A stretch of DNA of 64,000 nt from Myxococcota bacterium. GTDB taxonomy: Bacteria; Myxococcota_A; UBA9160; JAFDDA01. Where the stretch lies: positions 3,168,001 to 3,232,000 of the forward strand of contig OZ245817.1 of assembly GCA_965228475.1 (NCBI GenBank), in the 5' to 3' direction. The translations under genes and the position numbers were made by a program. The notes beneath the pieces were generated by a model, which worked only from the letters and a program-made list of their open reading frames with translations, ran no database searches and was not told the DNA's origin. Positions within the stretch are counted from its first letter, which is position 1; every line of letters starts with the position of its first letter. Shown one piece after another: positions 61,180-64,000 of this stretch.

Positions 61180-63390
61180 ATGCTCGCTCGAATCGCTTGG
61201 AGTGTCGTCGCCTTCTTCCTGGCCGAGAGCTCGGCTGCAGTGACCCTGACGGTGACGGCGGACAATCAGACCGGCTACGTGAAGGAGAGCGCGCAGGGAA
61301 CGGGCGTTGGCGACTACACGGATACAACCGCCGTGGACGTCGGAGATCGCTCGACCCATCAGCGCCTGTACGGAATTCTCTCCTTCGACACCTCCGGGCT
61401 GCCCACCGGAGCTGTGATCGAATCCGTCACCCTCGACCTCCGATACGTCTACGAGGCCGGCGACCCCTTCGGTTCGCTGGGTGACCTGCTGCTGGACGGC
61501 TTTCGCGGCTCCCTCGGCGCAAACGAACTTCTTCAGAGCAACGACTTCGAGGCCGACGTCGGCGGCGAGGGAGACGGCTTCCTGACGATCGGCGACCCGG
61601 GAAGCCCGACCGTCGACTTCGACGAGGACTTCGGCAGCGTCGGCCTCGAGCTCATCAACGATGCCGCAAAGACGCAGTTCCGACTCCGATTCGACGGAGA
61701 GGACTTCGAGACCCCTGGCGCCCAGGACCGCGCCTCCTTCGCCGCCTCGGGTTCCGGAGCCCCGACGCTCGAAATCGAGTACCGAACCGGAGAAGACGTG
61801 CCCGGATTCGTCCCCCCGGACTACGAGGAAGGAGCCTTCGAAGTCGACGTGACGCTTCCGGCCTGCGACGGCAGCGCGCACATCATCGACACCACGGAGA
61901 CCAATTGGTCGAACGTGCCCTGGAGCACGAAGGACGTCTTCTGCATCAAACCGGGCGACTACTCGTCATTGGGGACGCTAGAACTCCACACGGTCTCCGG
62001 CTCGGCCACGACGAGAAAGTTCTTGCGTTACTACGATCCGAGCGATTCCGACCCCGAGCACCCGGTGGTCCGTGCGGACACGAGCGCCAACGAGGCGGTC
62101 GTCGAAGCATTGGAACTGGATGAATCCGACTACTGGACGTTCGATGGCATCACGATCCGCGATAGCCCGAAGGCGGCGAACTTCCTTCTCGACTCCTCGC
62201 ACAACGTGATCAACCGGGTTTTCTTCGACGACACGCAGGGCGACTCGCTCATCATCCAGAACGACTCGGACGGGAACGTGGTGCAGAACAGCGTCTTCCG
62301 AGACGATGACGGCGGCTACGAGTCCGACAGCGTATGCGTGCTGCTCGACGGCCTCGGGCCCGGGGCGGCAGACCCGGACCGAGAGCTCGAAGACACATGG
62401 ATTGCTCAGAACGAGTTCATCAACTGCAGCGACGGAATCACCCTCCACAAGCAGCCAAACGAGACGGGTGCCTGGGTTCCCGGGACGGTCATCGCGGACA
62501 ACGACATCTACCTTACCGACGTGGTCTATTCGGAATGCGATGGCGCCTTCGGTTTCCAAGACGGTGTGAGCAACGTCAAGAACGGCGCGTGCGCCTGCGC
62601 TGAGAACGGGATCGATGTCAAGATTGCCGTCCAAGCGAGCGACTTGGGCGACAACGACAAGCGTGTCCGGATCGAGAACAACCGGATCTGGGGCTACCGC
62701 CACACCGACGATAGCCAGGATGCGGGAGAGGACATCTGTTCATCCGGTAGCTTTGGGGACGCGATCGTGATCCATACCGACGCCGAAGGTGTCATCGTGC
62801 GCGGTAACATCATCTGGGATTCGCCTCGCGCTGTGACGGGCAGCGGACTTGGCGGCCACTTTGTCGTCAACAACCTGATCGCCGAGGGAAGAGACTGCCA
62901 CGAAGACACGGACGGGCTGAACGACTGTTTCCCGGACCGAGGGTATGGAATATCGGTCTTCGCTGCGGGAGACAACGTCGTCTACGGAAACACGGTCGCA
63001 GGAATGGGGGATCGCTGGGCGGTCATCACCGATGGGGACTCGGGCAGCCCGAACTCTTTCGAATGCAACGCCATGATCGACGCCAAGAACTGGGCGAACA
63101 GCGACTCAGAGAACATCTCAATGTGGAATGCCTTCCACAACGTTCGGCAGCCGAACGGTGCCAGCGAGTACTGCCCGACCCAAGCTGTCCCGCTTGTCGA
63201 CTGCGAAAGTATTTCCACCAGCGAAACGAGCCCGCATGCATCCTATACATTTCATATCAAGCGATGGACTGGGCCGGACGTGATGACCCTGGACAACGCC
63301 GTTCGGACCAAAGACACCCCGAACCACACCGACGAGGGCCACACGACCGCGGACTGTGACCACGAGGACTCGGGACACCCTTGGAACTGA
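61180..63390 (+). CDS. Secreted acidic protein: DNRLRE/CBM96-like N-domain plus right-handed beta-helix (pectin lyase fold)
   Basis: Signal peptide; LSFDTSGLP.GAVIESVTLDL...PTLEIEY; repeated V.I.NN coils; ENGIDVK. Confidence 0.72.
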   Translation: MLARIAWSVVAFFLAESSAAVTLTVTADNQTGYVKESAQGTGVGDYTDTTAVDVGDRSTHQRLYGILSFDTSGLPTGAVIESVTLDLRYVYEAGDPFGSLGDLLLDGFRGSLGANELLQSNDFEADVGGEGDGFLTIGDPGSPTVDFDEDFGSVGLELINDAAKTQFRLRFDGEDFETPGAQDRASFAASGSGAPTLEIEYRTGEDVPGFVPPDYEEGAFEVDVTLPACDGSAHIIDTTETNWSNVPWSTKDVFCIKPGDYSSLGTLELHTVSGSATTRKFLRYYDPSDSDPEHPVVRADTSANEAVVEALELDESDYWTFDGITIRDSPKAANFLLDSSHNVINRVFFDDTQGDSLIIQNDSDGNVVQNSVFRDDDGGYESDSVCVLLDGLGPGAADPDRELEDTWIAQNEFINCSDGITLHKQPNETGAWVPGTVIADNDIYLTDVVYSECDGAFGFQDGVSNVKNGACACAENGIDVKIAVQASDLGDNDKRVRIENNRIWGYRHTDDSQDAGEDICSSGSFGDAIVIHTDAEGVIVRGNIIWDSPRAVTGSGLGGHFVVNNLIAEGRDCHEDTDGLNDCFPDRGYGISVFAAGDNVVYGNTVAGMGDRWAVITDGDSGSPNSFECNAMIDAKNWANSDSENISMWNAFHNVRQPNGASEYCPTQAVPLVDCESISTSETSPHASYTFHIKRWTGPDVMTLDNAVRTKDTPNHTDEGHTTADCDHEDSGHPWN

Positions 63391-63406
63391 GGGGCGGCTG
63401 GGCGGG

Positions 63407-63730
63407 TCAGACCTGCTCTTCGGCCCAGTCGCCCACGACGGGGAGCTTGAAGCGCTCGTTCTGGAAGGCCTTCACCATGAGCACGACCCAGAGGATCAGG
63501 CTCACCGGTGCCAGCAGCAGGCTGATCGCCCAGCCGATGAGCGGCACGAAGCCCGCGCAGGCCGAGATCACGAAGATCGCGCCGAAGGTCGCGGTGCTCT
63601 GGTAGGCGTGGAAGCGGACCGAGTCGTCGTCCTTCTCGAGGATCAGGAAGATGACGCCGGTGATGAAGCCGAGCAGGTAGCAGAGCGCTCCGGCGATGTT
63701 CGAGTCGAGGCCTGTCGAGGATTCGCTCAC
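63407..63730 (-). CDS. DUF4870 family membrane protein
   Basis: TGL..NIAGALCY, EK....VRFHAYQS, FKLPVVG. Confidence 0.85.
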   Translation of the reverse strand: MSESSTGLDSNIAGALCYLLGFITGVIFLILEKDDDSVRFHAYQSTATFGAIFVISACAGFVPLIGWAISLLLAPVSLILWVVLMVKAFQNERFKLPVVGDWAEEQV

Positions 63731-64000
63731 GGATGGTCTCCTTCGGACGCGTCACGCGCCTCCCCTTCAAAGTAGAAAGGATGCCGCGACTTCCCCAGCC
63801 AATCCGCGGGCACGGGGAGGTCGAGCCAGGAAAGCACGGTGGCGGCGGTATCGACCGTCTGCACCCGCGGGATCGTGCCGCCCGTCGGCACGCCGGGCCC
63901 CCAGGCGATCCACGGGATCTCGACGTCGGCGGGTGAGGCCCCGCCGTGCCGCAGCCCGCTCCCTCCGTGGTCGCTCGTCACGAGAATCCGGGCGCGCCCC
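63727..64000 (-). CDS. Alkaline phosphatase/nucleotide pyrophosphatase family protein, 3' part only
   Basis: ILVTSDHGG...HG, IPWIAWG, VDTAATV; truncated by the window edge. Confidence 0.75.
   Translation of the reverse strand, partial: GRARILVTSDHGGSGLRHGGASPADVEIPWIAWGPGVPTGGTIPRVQTVDTAATVLSWLDLPVPADWLGKSRHPFYFEGEARDASEGDHP

Overview
A very GC-rich bacterial chromosomal segment. PEP-CTERM proteins, Cys/Asp-repeat secreted proteins, split pntA and imuAB/dnaE2 suggest a Myxococcota or similar deltaproteobacterial lineage (inference only). It holds about 63 densely packed CDSs, mostly housekeeping or metabolic (metF, purN, tkt, leuCD, pntAA/AB/B, pepF, cysQ, acyl-CoA enzymes), plus one atypical tRNA-Pro(UGG). 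I saw no CRISPR array, integrase or transposase. The most striking signal is a split damage-inducible mutagenesis cassette: imuA-imuB at 6.9-9.4 kb and dnaE2 at 18.5-21.7 kb, with dinB in between. The two halves carry a near-identical 30-bp upstream element (24/30 nt identical) containing an 11-bp-period direct repeat, GC(G/A)AAA-N5-GCGAAA, a candidate unrecognised SOS-type operator/promoter. Other signals: pervasive leaderless-gene architecture, including a perfectly symmetric bidirectional -10 between two divergent genes; four convergent gene pairs sharing one CTAG; a GH31 lipoprotein lacking its catalytic aspartates; several short tandem duplications; and an SD-sequestering hairpin before a lower-GC beta-helix gene. 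All functional calls come from motif recognition by eye, and no database searches were run.
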